DNA of 64,000 nt from Klebsormidium nitens (lineage: Eukaryota; Plantae; Klebsormidiophyceae): the NCBI GenBank assembly GCA_000708835.1, contig DF237123.1, positions 62,001-126,000 of the forward strand, read 5' to 3'. This document shows positions 1 to 13,493 of the stretch, one piece after another. Below the pieces are notes generated by a model that saw nothing but the letters and a program-made list of their open reading frames with translations, ran no database searches and was not told the origin of the DNA. The first letter of the stretch is position 1. Each line of letters starts with the position of its first letter. The position numbers and the translations under genes are program-made.

Positions 1-431
1 TGTCCTCTTACTCTTCGAACGATGCGCGCCCCGCCGTTTCTTTGTTCTCGTTTTCTTTCACCTGTATCACTCCTCCTTCCTTATGGTCCTTTTTCCAAGT
101 CATCTCGTCTTTCCTCTTGTCCTCGTCGATTGGTAACCGCCGTTTCCACAGGTTTCAAGCTTGAAATCCTTTTCATTGGTTCCCTTGATTGTTCTTCTAT
201 CCCTCCGCTCTTATTTTTCTGTGCTCCGCCCTTCTCAACATTTTTCTCTCTCCCAATTATCTGCGCCGACCCTACTCACCATCACTGTCAAGTGCGACAA
301 CGCTTTTGGCCTCCGTTTTATTGCTCGTCTTGCAAAGGGTGGACCTGGCCAGCACATCCCGAGGTTCATACAAAGCAGTACTTGAAGTTCCGCCTATTTT
401 CTGCAAAGATGAGGGTCAGGGGTATTCTCAC

Positions 432-3400
432 CTGGCCATTCAGGTCGTACGTGTACTGCTGCGCGAGGGTGTGAATATTCCGCATGAGGAACAAGACGTC
501 CTGTCCGTGCTCCAAGTTCTGAGGGGGCAGGTGGATGTCGTCTAAACGGAGGCCGTATTTGTCCTGGAAAACAGCAAATGAGAAGCGATAAGAGGGCTTG
601 TCTTGCGATGCTAAGCAAGTTGGCAAAAGAAGCCAAGCTGTGATGAAGAGGAGACAATGGCTGCCGAAATGAAATGAGCACCAGCGGTACTAGTATTGAT
701 GGCCCGATTCCCGAGGAGGACAGAATCAGGAAGAGACCAAGAAAGGAGCGGCAGGGATAAGACAAGAGCGCTTGTTGAAAAGTGGGACGTCCTGACGTCA
801 GGTTGTAGATTGGACGTAATGAGAATTCTTTTTGAAGAGCACGACCGAGACAATAAAGAACCGTTCATGAAACAGATCAGTGCAAGCGTCGACGGGAGGA
901 CGAGAAAGCGATGAACAAGGCACCTATGAATGGGAGAAGGGCGGGTAGAGAAACAGGGGTGAATAGAGAAGCCTGTCAATTGCAAAAGAGGTGTGAGAAG
1001 TAAATGACAAGAAGAATACGTCACTGAAGCAGCGTCTCACCTGTGCCAGCTGTCGCATGTCGCTGTAAGCTTTCCAGTTGTGCAGCGCAACCGCGGTGTG
1101 ATCGTAAAACGCGGCGTTCAAATACGCCTCTAACCGCTCCTTAACCACGATGGTTTGCGACCCTAACCGGATGGGGCGCATGCTCAGGAAGCAGGACAGG
1201 TCCCTAACCCCGGTCCGGGTTGGGTCAAGCGTGACCGCGCCGGTTAGGGTGTGGGAATGGTTGTGGAGGCGGAGGTCGGTCTCGATTGCGTGACACAGTG
1301 GAGCGATCACTTCCTGCAGAAAGAAGCTCTCGACAGTTCGGGCTTTTTCCGTTGGAGATTGACAATCTTTTGACGAAGCAAGAGAGTTTGCGTGGCTCGA
1401 GAGTAACCAACGCTGGTAGGGCGTGCGAATGGTTGTAACGGCAGGGCTCAAGCTCGATCGAGTGAGACCGGAGCGACCGTTGCTGCAAAAGGAGGTACCT
1501 TGGTAAGTGGGAAACAAGGCTAGTCGCACCTGACTTGTGCTTGAACGGAAGGTTGAGGGTCGTTGTGGCAGTCAAACGTGCCAAGAAAAGGCAAGTCAAA
1601 GATCGGTCTCGAGTGCGTGACACAACGAAGCAACCAAACCCCTCTCCCGATCAAAAGGTTGAGACGCTAAGGAACGCTGAGATTAAGGATCCAAAAAGAG
1701 AGAAACCTTCCAAGCAATCGTCGCTGTAGAAGCAAATCAGGGCCCTTGAGTTGTAATCATGAGCTTTGAGCTTCAGCTTGCTAGCGAGGAACTGGGCGCA
1801 CGGCTTGAGTAAAGGGAATATACTTTACTACAATTTCGCATCATCTCCCTCCGGACGATACCTTCTACTTCATGGAGGCGGTTTGCAATCATCCGGTACC
1901 TTTCTAACTTGTGCTGCTTTCTGCCGATAATAAACCTCTGCTATTCTCAGTGACGTAAGCAAGCGCTGTTCTCAAAAGAGAAGAGCCACTGACGGTGGTC
2001 ACATGAGACAGGAACGCCGCAAACGTTGCATCAATCCATCCCAACAGGCATCAACAAACGATAGTACACCTGTTGTGACAACCAGAAGACCTCTTGCTAT
2101 TCCAAAGAGCATCACAAGATTGGACAAAGTCGCTCCAGAGGAGCACGCGCTCGATCATTTTTGTCCGATTGCAGACTTGCCTGGGTCACAATCTCCTCAA
2201 TCTCCCCTTCGACCGACGCGATGACGTCATCGTCCGCGCCCGCCCGCCGCAGGAGCCGCAGACCGTCGACGAAGGCGGCAACTAGGTCGGGGATGAGGTG
2301 CGGGCGGGAGGGGGGCTGGCATGCCACCTGGCAAAAAGCGATTGGCCCATCTTGGAGTCTCCATGATTGTAAATGGCCGTTTGACTTTCACTTTCTTGAA
2401 AGCAACCGCTGTGACTCGCTTACTAACTGAGTGGGTGCTTCAAAGAATGGTCTCTGGCGAAGCTGTCGGAAACGGCCCACTTGGAGGAAACGCTTTGCGT
2501 ATTAACCAACTCTATCCATTTCCAATTGTTGGGTAAGACAAAGACGTGCCACGTGCTTTCATCTGATTCTGCCACGTTCCAAACGATTGTCCCCACCAAG
2601 ACGGGTGGCGGCACTCCCTGGTAAGGCCGAGTGGTACAAAATGACCTTCAACCGCATTTTAAGGGTGTAACGTTTACCTTTATCAGCAATAGTACGTCAT
2701 ATTTGTTACTAATTATTACTTCTGGCGGAACATTCTCACCCTGAGGGCCACTGGCAGGAGCGCCTTGCGGCTCCAATGAAGGAAGGAGCAGTCACACGTG
2801 TCGCGAATCTGTTGGTCCACGTCAGCGCCGAGGGACAGGAGCATGAGGACGTCGTCCAGTTCGGACGTGAGCTGCGGACGGATAAAGTTAAAAGATCTGT
2901 GAAAAGCAAAATGGGTAGTCGCAGATCAGGGGCCTAGGTCAAGAAGCTCGTAAAGTGAGCAGAAATGATAGCCAAAGCTTTCGGCGGTTCTGCACCATCG
3001 CAAAATGCACGGAAAGAGGGCAACACAAAATTCTCTCTTTCTCATTCTCTACGGAAGATGAAGAGCACGGTAGCGACAGTCAGTTCTGGACGCCTATCCC
3101 GATTCTGCTTCCGTTTTCTAACCCTTTCGCCCTTACTCTGAGTTGTACGTTTCCTTTCAGATGCTTTCGCCCGGCCTTATTCCAGTTACAGTCAAAATAT
3201 TTGCGACGGTGGGCATGGGGGATTCGTTTTTTTGATTCAAGCTGCTCGAAAGAAGACAGATCCCAAAAACATCATCAACTGACTGCTTAAAGCGAACAAA
3301 TGAGAGCGAACACGATTTGCCCAGCTAATTTTAAACGCTTGAAAACAAGTTCTTTCCCGGTTCGTACCAAGGGACTGGGGTAACAGGAACAAGGAAAACC

Positions 3401-6400
3401 GGCAAAACAAAGCCACAACGCCATCAGTGAAATCACGAAGGGCTATTAAGGTGACCAAAGAGCGGCTCACCTCTGGCGGAAGTCGCCCCGCGAGGTTCGA
3501 CTTGACGACGTCGAGGGAGAGGCTGAGCACGATCCGTCGCTGCACGCTTGGCGGGCCCTGCATAGGAAAGAAGTGAGCATGTAGACTCTTCTCCTTGGTT
3601 TCAAAAGCCTTCAGGTGGCGTCAATGTCAGAGCACTTTGGGATCGAGATCCTGCGACCTTCGCATGTCGAATGCACCATTTTGGACTCTGCCTCGGGCAC
3701 CCAATCCGGCCATTTCACCTCCAAACCGTGGCGTCTCAAGTCTCAGAACGCTCGTTCAGAAGGAAACAGATTCAACGCGCTTGGAGATTGAAGTTTACCT
3801 TGAAACTTACGCAAAAGTTTCTCTCAAGCGTCAATTCTGCTATTAGAGGTGCTTTAGGGTATGACGCCCAGGCTTGAGTTTTCGCTTCAAGTTGTCGACT
3901 TCGAACGGTCTTAGTAATGGATTTTCGCAGAGATTTTGACAGAGCACGCTGCTGCAGGGCAGGCGTAAGGTGCAACAAAAACAGGGCCACTCGTCTCGTT
4001 TCGAATTCGGTTATCTTGTTTGTGTATCAAATTATCTATTGACAATCTTTACTACTTGGATACTGCAACCCGAAAAGCAAAGAGTGATCTATCCGTAAGT
4101 TGCATAAGAAGAACAGCATCTTGTATACTCAGGAGTCAGCAACCGATCCCGGTGGGCTCCTGAGTCCTGACCTCTCTAAGTGCATTATGCAATCAATTTG
4201 CAGACTGCAACGCTAACTCCGAGCTTCCGGTGATTTCTGAGCCCTTCCGCGTGTTCCTCCGCTGCCCAGACGTCATGCTGAGTCGCTACCCGTCGGATGA
4301 CTTCACAGCCCCTCTGATACCTACCCAAAGAAGCTGCATTGAAAGCTCCGAGGTCAAGAATCCAGGGAATGCACAGTGCACACTGCACACTGCACACTGC
4401 AGTCTGCACGGCTCTTGCCACCTATGCCTATTTAGGACTTGTAAGTTGTAATACCTAATACCCTGGGGCCTGGTCCCTAATCCTCTTTGGAAGTTCGCCC
4501 TACGAACTTCCAACAAGTCAGGAACTCTCCTCGACCAGATGACATCATCTCTGACGTGTGATGTCACTCCGTGATATTAATTCCGCTCAGCTTGCGGCCC
4601 TGGCTGAGGGTGGCGGCCTGCAGGCCGCAGCAGTGGCCGCCCGCCCGTGACTGCCACAAGTCCACTGGGTATAAATTTGACTGTCCTGGCGTTTTGATGC
4701 AGCTTTAAATATTAACCGGTAATCTCCTGCAAAGTTGGAATGCCAGGCAGACATTCCTGAATCCTTGGCCAGGCAGACATTCCTTGGCTGACTTCATCCC
4801 ACCTCTGATGACTTCACTGCCTCCTGACCCGTCGCCGGAGCCCTATTTTCGATCGGACGGTGACCGCCGGCGTACAGTCCGCCAAGTTCGACGAACTTTT
4901 CAAGTAGAATTCAAACGCGTACAAGTTACTAGATGACGTCAATCCCGATGTCCGAAGATACTCATGTAACGTCATCCTCGGCAGAGGGATCCACTGCCAG
5001 CTCCGAGTCACCGGCATCCGATCCGACTCAGCGGGAAACGGTTTGTCCGATCATCTCACCGTATGGTACCCAGGGCAACCATAAGAACTCGCTGCAGGGG
5101 CGTCCGCAAGTTTGAGTGCGTCCTCGTCCGAACGTCCGAAGACATTATCGTGATCAACATAGTACAATGTGTCAATCGTCAAAAGCAGTCAAAAGCAGTC
5201 AAATGGCGTCAGCTTTTCAAGTCACCTCGGTCATCCGAAGCGCGAGGTCCGTCGCCGCGAGGGCGTCCGCAAGTTTGACGTCCTCGTCCGAAGGCCCGCG
5301 CGTGAACGTCCGGAGCTTGGCGGCCAGGCTGTTGCTCTGAGCAATCAGCACTTCCAAATCCGCCTGTCAAAAATTCACAAACTTCATTTCATTATCAAAA
5401 CCAAAACGTCTGACTTCGCCTGTTAAAAATCAAAAAGTTCATTCCAGATTCGAAGTCTGGTTCCAGAGTGACAAAATCCTAGAACGACCGAGTCTTTTCC
5501 AAATGGTTCAAAATTAGCCTCGAGAATGGAACGGATGGCAGGAATAGAACTGAGAATCGAAAAGAGTGACACGAGGATGCTGAACAAAAGCACGCGCTCT
5601 GTATGAGAGATAGGATCAGAAATTCTTCATGAGAGATAGAATCAGAAACAGAATCGCAGAAAGTTGAAGCTAGGAACGTCCAGGCTGTTGATCCACGAAA
5701 TCAGAATCTCCAAAGCCTTCTTGCACAACAATTTGCAGATCCACGTGCTTTTGATCCTCATACCTCAACAGCGTCTTGCAGCGGGGCCAAGGACTTCCGG
5801 ACCCGCTCCTGGGCCGTCCGAATCAAGAGCTCCGCCAAAATCCGTCCAAGAACCTGCCAAAAGCTGTCCAAATGCCCAGACCTTCTGCGCGTTTATAAAA
5901 CGTCAAGCCGTCTTCTGAAACCCATCTTCCGGAAAAGACAAGTTTCTCAACGGATTCGTGTCTGGACTTCGTACCTCGACAGCGTCTCGCAGCGGTTCCA
6001 AGATTCTCCGGACCCGCTCCTGGGCCGTCCGTATCATATGTCCGATCGCGAGCGCAGTGTCGCCCCCGCGGCGGAAGAACATCCCCTCGATCGCCTTCAG
6101 TAGGCCGGCGAGGCGACCCAGGTAGGCGATCTGCGGGCAGAGGGTCGCCAGATTTCTTTGTCAGAAAAAAACGTGAAGGTTCGTAAGCCTTGGCATGATG
6201 CGAGGAAGGGTGCTGGCTTAGATAAAGACGCCCAGAGCGGCACGAGTAAGTGATAGGGTGCCCAGTCGTGAATACCGTAAGAGTTATGAAAGAATAGGAG
6301 CTGGGGCGCGCTACCGGCTTATGTAAGACGACTCAGACAGTGGGTGAGTTTTCGCCTGACGCTTGCAAATTGTCAATCAGCGCACGTGAGAGACGCCGCA

Positions 6401-9400
6401 GACGCCGATTGAAGTTGCATGAGTAATCATCGGTGTTTTGGGCGTCTTGAGGAGCAAAAGAGAGGTCTGGTAAGCCGGGGGAGAGGCTTCGAACGTGGTG
6501 AGACATGCACGCGTAAGGGCCACGCTTGCCACTAGGCAAGAGACTCAGTCGCTAAAAACGAAGCATCAGCCTAGTTTAAGGGGGCATGGCCGGATGCATA
6601 CGCACCGGCGAACGACCCATCAAGGTTTACTTCAGCCGGTCACCCCGCAGGACCAGCTTGTACGTAAATCCTGGCGGCCAAGAACCGCATCCACAATTCT
6701 GGTACGTCGCCAAAACTACAGCTTCGAGCGTTGTGTTGGTTGCCACATTCCGATGAACATGCTCACGGAGTCGAACAACACACCCCCGGCTATAAAGATC
6801 ACAAACAATCTAGAGAACAGGAATGGTCTTTGCCTTGACGGAAGGGGCAACTGCACGGCGAACCCGACGAGTGGCACACAACCACCGGCCAAAACCCTGC
6901 GTCTTGTTGTCGGAAACCTTAAAAGAGAACCCCCTCGAAAGCGAGACATCTAATAGAAAGAACATCAACTTTTAAGTTTCCCCACCTGCTCCTTAGAGAT
7001 GGGCACCTCCAACGACGTGTGCAAGTCGACCGACGTCCGCACGAGGGTTTTCACACGGCTCGCCAGCAACAGTCCTTGCACCAGCAGCTTGAGTCTGCCC
7101 GACAGGAGGGTGTGAATAGGCCCCTGGATCGCTGCTGCTGAGTCCGTTCTCACCAGCCACGCGCTGGCAGCGCGGAGAAGGGCCGCCGTCTCTCGGCCCA
7201 GATCGTCGTCTAACCTGCAGGGTTAGGACAGCTTGGTTACCTTAATTGGGCGGAAACCCAGAACCAACCTTTCGCTTGGCCCGGTTTTAGAGGCTATTTT
7301 GAAAAGTCGTTTCGAGCAGGTATGCACTCGCTTGGGAAGGCCTGTTCCTGTCAAATTGCGCGGAATTATGGAGGGTCGTTGGCGTCAATGACGGGTGAAT
7401 TACGAAAGTTGGATCACTTTCCAGGAGTCAAACGCTGTCCCAGGTGGAAAGGGCGCGTGTCCACGGGCTGTTGTGCTGCCACTTCTAGTCGGACATCCAG
7501 CATAGAGTATTCACTTTTGCCACTAGAAAACCATAGATAAGACGATCCCCTGTCAGGTTGCTCAGAAGGCTGTTAGAGCAACCGCAAACAAATCAAAGGA
7601 CCCGTCTGGTTCAAGAGGAAAAGAGCACCAGTGACGTGGCAGATGACAGACCAGAAGATACCGAATCGGTTACCAAGGCAAGTGCCGGACACACAATTCA
7701 GCAGAAGCTCTTTGCGAAGCTGAGGCGCTACTTGCCTTTGTGCCAGGACCGCGATTCCACTTCAAATCTCCCGTTAAGCCTTCTTCTGAGGGACGCAAAC
7801 GACTACCCACAATCTTAGCCTCGCAGTGCGAAAGGCTCCTCACTTCTCAAACCCTCACCTCGCCAGATACTCCGCTCGCGCGGTCGCCGCCTCTCTGAGG
7901 GGCTCCTTCACCAGCTGGCCGAGCCCCCCCTTTGCGAAACCGGGGGGAAGGTGCGCCATCAAAAACGTATTGGGCTGTACTCGGATGGCGCTGACGAGCG
8001 GAATGAGGGGCACCCGCCGGTGGAGCTCCCACACCGGACGGCCAAGTTTGCGGTCCGGAGCTTTGCCTTCGCCTGGCAACATGGTTTCGAGGTTTAAATT
8101 TTCACCACTTTTGGAGACCTCAGAAGGTGAGATGGTCACAATCCTCGAATCTTTGCCCTGAATCGGGGTTCTTAGTTGGCGAAGTCCCCAGTGCAGAGGG
8201 CTTTGGCGCACTTGCTGGCGAGATATTAAACCGGGCTGCCCAGCTTGCGGTCCAAAGCTTCGCCTTCGCAAGAGAGTTTCAAGCTCAAAAATTCTGCTCA
8301 GCGGTTTTAACGGTTTTTAAACGTCAGAACCAGGGGAAAGAGGAAGCAGAAAGTTCCACGCCCCAGGCGGCCCAGCTTCCGATTCAGGGCCTTGCCTTCG
8401 CCTCGTGAAGTTCCAACCCCCATTCCTGCAGTCCCGGATCTCTACGTGTTGACACTTCAGAAAGAGGGCATTTAGGCGGGACGAAAAGAGAACGACTGAA
8501 GAAGTTTCTACGGCAGACGGCCCATTGTTCAGAGCCCTTGCTTGTGTCTGGCGAGATGGTTCAGGTTTTAAAACTTGGCAATTTTGGATCGTCCATCGGG
8601 TGGAAGTTTACGGAAGAGAGCTGTTAGGAGGGATGAAAAGAAAGGGAGCATACACTGGGTGCCAGACGCCCCAGCCCGCAGTCCGGAGCCTTGCAACTGC
8701 ATGGGACACAAACCAATGCAATTCACGACTCTGTAGATTTGAAGACTGAATGAATCAGGGGCCGCCGCTGATGGAATCCTTTGGTAATTGCATTCCGCCC
8801 CCAAATTTCTCTACCAATTGGACACAAGTCCTGACACTATGCCTTCAATAGCCTTCGGCAAGAAGTAGACTGGAGCGAAGTGTGTCAAAGCTCACCACTG
8901 AGCCACAGGCAGAGCAAGTAGTTGCACAGCGCCCCTAAGAGACTCCCCCGATCATTCGGACGCTCGTTCGGACCGCCGACTCTGGCGGTGACTTGTCCGA
9001 GAGTGTCCTTCACGTGACGCCCAACCTCCTCCAGAAACTGACCCGGTTTGGAACGCAAGGTTTGCATTTCGCCCAGCGGAGCGTAGAAGTCGGCTGCAAA
9101 GAGGCGTTGTTTTGGGATCCGGTTAAAGTAATTATCTGAGTCGACGTGGTGTCTTGGGGTTTCTATACGACCAACTTGGAGTACAAGCTGGCTGTAAAAG
9201 AAAACGGGGCTTAAAGTAAGAGCTTGGAGTTGTCTCTTTACGTATGTGCAGTAGCTCACTAACATACCTATGCCCACTTTGTGTTGTGAAATTTCTATCA
9301 GGGACCCGAATGGTGATGGGTTTCTTTTGCTGGCTGATCCTTCACAGGCTTGCCACTTTCAGCAACATTTATACTGCAGGTTAAAGAGTACACACTCTTG

Positions 9401-10582
9401 AGCGTCGCAAGACTGTGGGCCTTGCACGCGAAGGCAAGGTAATCTCCATGAATTAAACACTTCTCCGTGACAAATCTCAGGAGTGTAAAGAGGGGAACAG
9501 TGATGCCAACGGAGACCACCATTGCACCAGGTCTACTAGTACTTGTGAATCAGTTCAGACATGCCTATCGATAAAGACGAGGACATGAGCCAATTCTCTG
9601 AGCGGCTTTCCTATGCCCGTGTGAGCTGCTCGTCTTAGCGCCCACTTTTACCCCCAGAATCAAGCCATTGACATAGACTCGTTTCGTAGCGCACTCTCTA
9701 TCCCCCCAGCATCAAGACAGGAACAGAAACTAACTTTCTTGGCGCTTTCTCTTACCCCCCAAAGTAACAGGGACAGTATCGCCTACCTGCGAAGCAGTCC
9801 CGGAGCGTGCCCCCCCCCAGGATCCCCACCCCCGCTTTGATTTCCTCCAGTGTGTGATCCAGCTCCGCCACATTCTCCCCCTCAAATCCAAAGTTTTCCG
9901 GGTCACTACGCACCGTCTCCAGCATTCTCTTGAACATCGAAAACGCCTGCGCCAGCGCTCCGTTCCATGCAATGATCTCATCTAGCGTCGCCAGAACGCC
10001 AAACCCCGTGCCCAAGCTCTCGAGCGCCGTCCCTAGTTGGACGTCTCGGAACGACGCGAAGACTTGCCGGCTGGGGGGGGTCTTTTTGGGGGGCTCTAGT
10101 GGGGGGTAGAGCGAAGCAAGTTGCAGGACGAGGTTCTGGAGAATCTGGCGGAGGCGCCGGAAGAGCGCGGCGGCTTCCATAAGCAGGGGGAGCTTATGAG
10201 CTAGGAGAAGCTGCAGCTCGCCCTCCTGGGGGATCTCCTCCGGGCGCTCTCCGAAGGCAATAAGGGCCGGGAAAATATGCGTATGCGCCCGTGCCCTTAT
10301 GTGCTCGATCTCTGCGCACAGATACCCTGCGACTGTCATCAGCTTTGCAAAGGGCGTGTTGTCGACTGACGTGTGTATCAGTGATTGAATGGAAGCGTGT
10401 TCAATTGGGGTGGTAGTAAGAGCAATTGGATCGGTGCTGATATCCGACACCTCTGGAACGGGGGGTGCATCGGTTGGGGCCAACCTGCCCAGAATGCCCC
10501 CCCTTTCTGAGGCCCATTCATCCACAAAGCGCCGGAGCTGCTCGTGCTGTTCCTCTGCAGCGACAGAAGGGACAGTCGCCAT
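432..10582 (-). CDS. WASHC4: WASH complex subunit 4 (SWIP/KIAA1033, WASH-7 family); 3' part runs off the left edge of the window
   Basis: Hand-spliced exons (-): 10582-9787, 9093-8896, 8072-7859, 7214-6986, 6130-5975, 5336-5226, 3557-3471, 2871-2740, 2327-2181, 1313-1041, 563-432. Phases are consistent at every junction. Peptides match remembered human WASHC4 colinearly, e.g. LATLDEII..FKRMLETVRSDPENFG, LLKAIEGMFFRR, TCDCSFLHWSR, LCHAIETDLRLH..FYDHTAVALHNWKAYSDMRQLA, HLPPQNLEHGQDVLFLMRNIH..YTYDLNGQ. The ATG used is MATVPS at 10582; the ORF-track start at 10606 is TTG. Confidence 0.95.
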
Positions 10583-11781
10583 TGAAAGAGTGGTGGTAGA
10601 AACCAACTAGCTTGTTAGGCTGCTTCTGTACCTAGAATTCTTCAACAGCTCTCACAAAGGGGCAGGGCTTTCGGAGCTGCTACCTTCGATGCGAGTGGTT
10701 TGGATAGAAAGAACTACATCAAAGCCGCATTTCGCAAGGCCCATTGTGACTTCAGGCAGGGGCCTCAGAGACTCTTGCCACCGCCCCACATGACGAGATT
10801 CAAGGGTACCGCACATGCAGCTGGAACAACTTCAAGCTGGTGAAAGTGGGTGACACTTCGAAGGCACTCCCTGGTTAAAAGTGTCAACCAGGGAAATTTG
10901 CCCTCACTTGAAGTTGAACTTGAACACCCTCCTGGTCCAGAGTGAACAGTAGTACCTAGCTACTATTTATAATTATTTATTCCTACTATTTATTTAACTA
11001 CGTTTAACCTACGAGCTGGCTGGGCTGGCTGCTTGAATATTGTCAAAAGCCCTGGGCTAGCATTGACACTAGCCGTTCGATGGCACGTTCTTCAAAAACT
11101 GGCACCGTTTAAAGTCAATCCTCAATGCTAGCCGTCGACACTCATATCGGACGGACAGTATCAGCCTAGCTGCAAAATTGGAAACGTAGAGTCTTGCATT
11201 GAGTGGCGCACTTCCCTCCGGATCTGGATTCTGGACAGAGAAGGACCCCAGCTGGAAAAGGGAAAGGCGCACGTATTTTCAACAAAACCAGGTGGAGCTG
11301 CGTACTGAGGAGCTTGGGCAGACATCTGTTCATGCTGTTTATCCTGGAAGCGCCTGTTTCTGAACAGCCGTGGCTTCAAGGAGCCACAGACGAGACGGAT
11401 CTAGCAGAAAAAGGCACACCCTTGGCAGATTACGCTTTAGACTGGCTTTCAAGGAGAATGACGGGCAGAGCTCTCACTGAAACATTGTCACATCAAAGTG
11501 CACTTTAAGGATTTGATGGTGTCTCCAGTTCTGAACACAGGGGGCTGACAAAAAGAAGAGAGTTGGCCAAAGCTGCATGAGCTCGCTACTAACACCCGCC
11601 GCACTGTTACAGCCCACCGTTTCTGCTCGTGCTAAGCTTCATTTCTGAGGGGAGAGTAGAGGGACGCATATTGAAGTTGCACTGACATCTACGTTGCTGC
11701 ATACATTTGCATGCACGCCCAATGCCGTTCATATAGTTTAGCCCACATTCAACCAAGGCTATTCAACTGCTAACCAAAAGC

Positions 11782-13493
11782 ATGGCGAAGCAGTGGAGCG
11801 GCAACACTAACCACTTGAGAACCAACGGCTTCACCAGCGAAGCTCCATATGCAACTGAGAGCACTTACCCCGCCGCAGAGACGTCCCCGCAGACCGTTCT
11901 GAAGCCAATGGCTGAGCGACAGCTCGCACCCTGGGAGAAGCACGACGTGCCAAAGCCGCGGGGAAAGGCGCCGTACTCGCCTGGACAAACTCCAAGGACA
12001 CCAAGCAAGGCAAAGGCCCCGTTTGCAACTGCAGAGGAGGACCAAGAAGACTTGGAACAAGAAAAGGTGGGGCTTTGTTGAGGGATCTCCTCTAGACATT
12101 TCTCTAGAAAGGAAGGGTAGTCTAATGCAAAGTTCAGGGTTAGCGAAGGCGTGAGTCCTCGCATTCCTCAGACTGGAGGTTGGCATTCGAGGCCTTCAGT
12201 AGATTTGCTTTTAGACAGAGGGTGTGGGGATGTGGTCATATCCAGCCAGCGTCTGTCTTTGCTACATGAACTTGCAGGCTGTGGACAAAAGCAAAAAACC
12301 GTCAAACCAAGCACTTGGAGTTGACAAACTTCGGAGGGCAGGTTGCTCATCTCACCTTCTTAGGCAAACCCTTGTTCACTCACTGCTTACACGGCAGTTT
12401 CAGTCGGCGATCTCTTGAGTTGCAACTGTTCCGTCTGGAGAATATGTGTTGTTAGTGTCATGTAACTTGGAGCACCAAGTTTTTTTGTTTGGCCATGTCC
12501 TGATAGCAAAGGGTGTTATCAACTTGGTAGGATTTCTTAGAGCCGGCAAGAAGGACTAGTGGACATCTGTAATCTGAGGTGGGTTGAACCTCCGGATCTG
12601 GTAATGGTCGATCTGGGGTTTGCTGTCTTAGACAACAAGCAGACTATCTATGATTGATTACGCTAGGGTTTGCCACCGTGATTCTAGATTGTTTAGGAAT
12701 TGTCCAAATGGCCAGCTGTTATTTGCTCCTTTTGGCGCCCTTCTAATTGGACGACTTGTCTGCTGAATGGACCATGATGGAAAATGGCGCTTGTGCTTGG
12801 AAAGGGATGTCAACCGCAAAAGTTATACGAATGCAATCTCTGAATTTGGATTTCGTTTTGACAGGCGTGAGCAGTGTGCCGCCGTTTGAAGCATGTTTTT
12901 TGAAATTGAAGCGACTGTTTGCAGAAACATCTAGTACATTCTGAACGTTGCTGGATGCATATTTTGACATCACGAAGCTAATATCTTTCAAACAAGTAAC
13001 CAAATTTCAGCTGAGGGAGTGACGAAGATCTTTCGGCAAGGATACAATTCTGCAAGAATACAATTCTTCAGTGCCCCATTTCTGCATCGCTGGAAGCGGT
13101 CCAGAGCATATGCACACTCAAAGCCCTTTTCAAATCCAAAATTTGCTGCCGCAGGGAAGCTTCCAACGAACTCCAGTTTCTCGTTAGTTCTGCTCTTGCT
13201 TTCGTCCCTTCTTCGATTCGTCTAGCCTAAGAGCGTTTGTTGGAATCTGTCGGTTTCAGCAGAGACGACAAGAGAATAAGAGAGACGCAGCACATTTGGC
13301 GTGAGTGTGATGTGACAGAGAAGAGACAGTTTGCAAGAGATAGCGGAAAAGAGGAAGATGCAGTAAGTGGCAGTGAATCATTCGCTCCGTTCAATTTCTT
13401 CCTTGTACTCACACCAGAGATCATGTTTTGCAGACGCCACCCCGGCAAATAAAGGCTCCATGGGATCGAGATGAGACAGTCTTCCTAGGAAAG
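11782..13493 (+). CDS. Putative multi-exon gene of unknown function with recurring (K)AP[W/F/Y] motifs; structure incomplete
   Basis: ATG ORF 11782-12066 ends at an AAG|GTGGGG donor. A candidate exon follows at 12278-12341 (TTGCAG|GCT...GCAG|GTTGCT). Another candidate exon near 13434-13493 reads TPPRQIKAPWDRDETVFLGK|GTAAG. No family recognised. Confidence 0.4.

Noticed and set aside
270-431. Candidate next WASHC4 exon (KTSNKTEAKSVVALD) or read-through stop at 366
   Set aside because: There is no phase-0 acceptor giving an open frame, and similarity is weak. The next real exon is probably outside the window, so truncation cannot be claimed.
4120-4800. Small hairpins (ACTCAGGAG/CTCCTGAGT; GGAAGTTCG/CGAACTTCC at 4489-4511), a (TGCACAC)n run and a 16-nt direct repeat in WASHC4 intron 6
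   Set aside because: They are too short to separate from chance. No terminal inverted repeats with target-site duplication or transposase remnant support a MITE.
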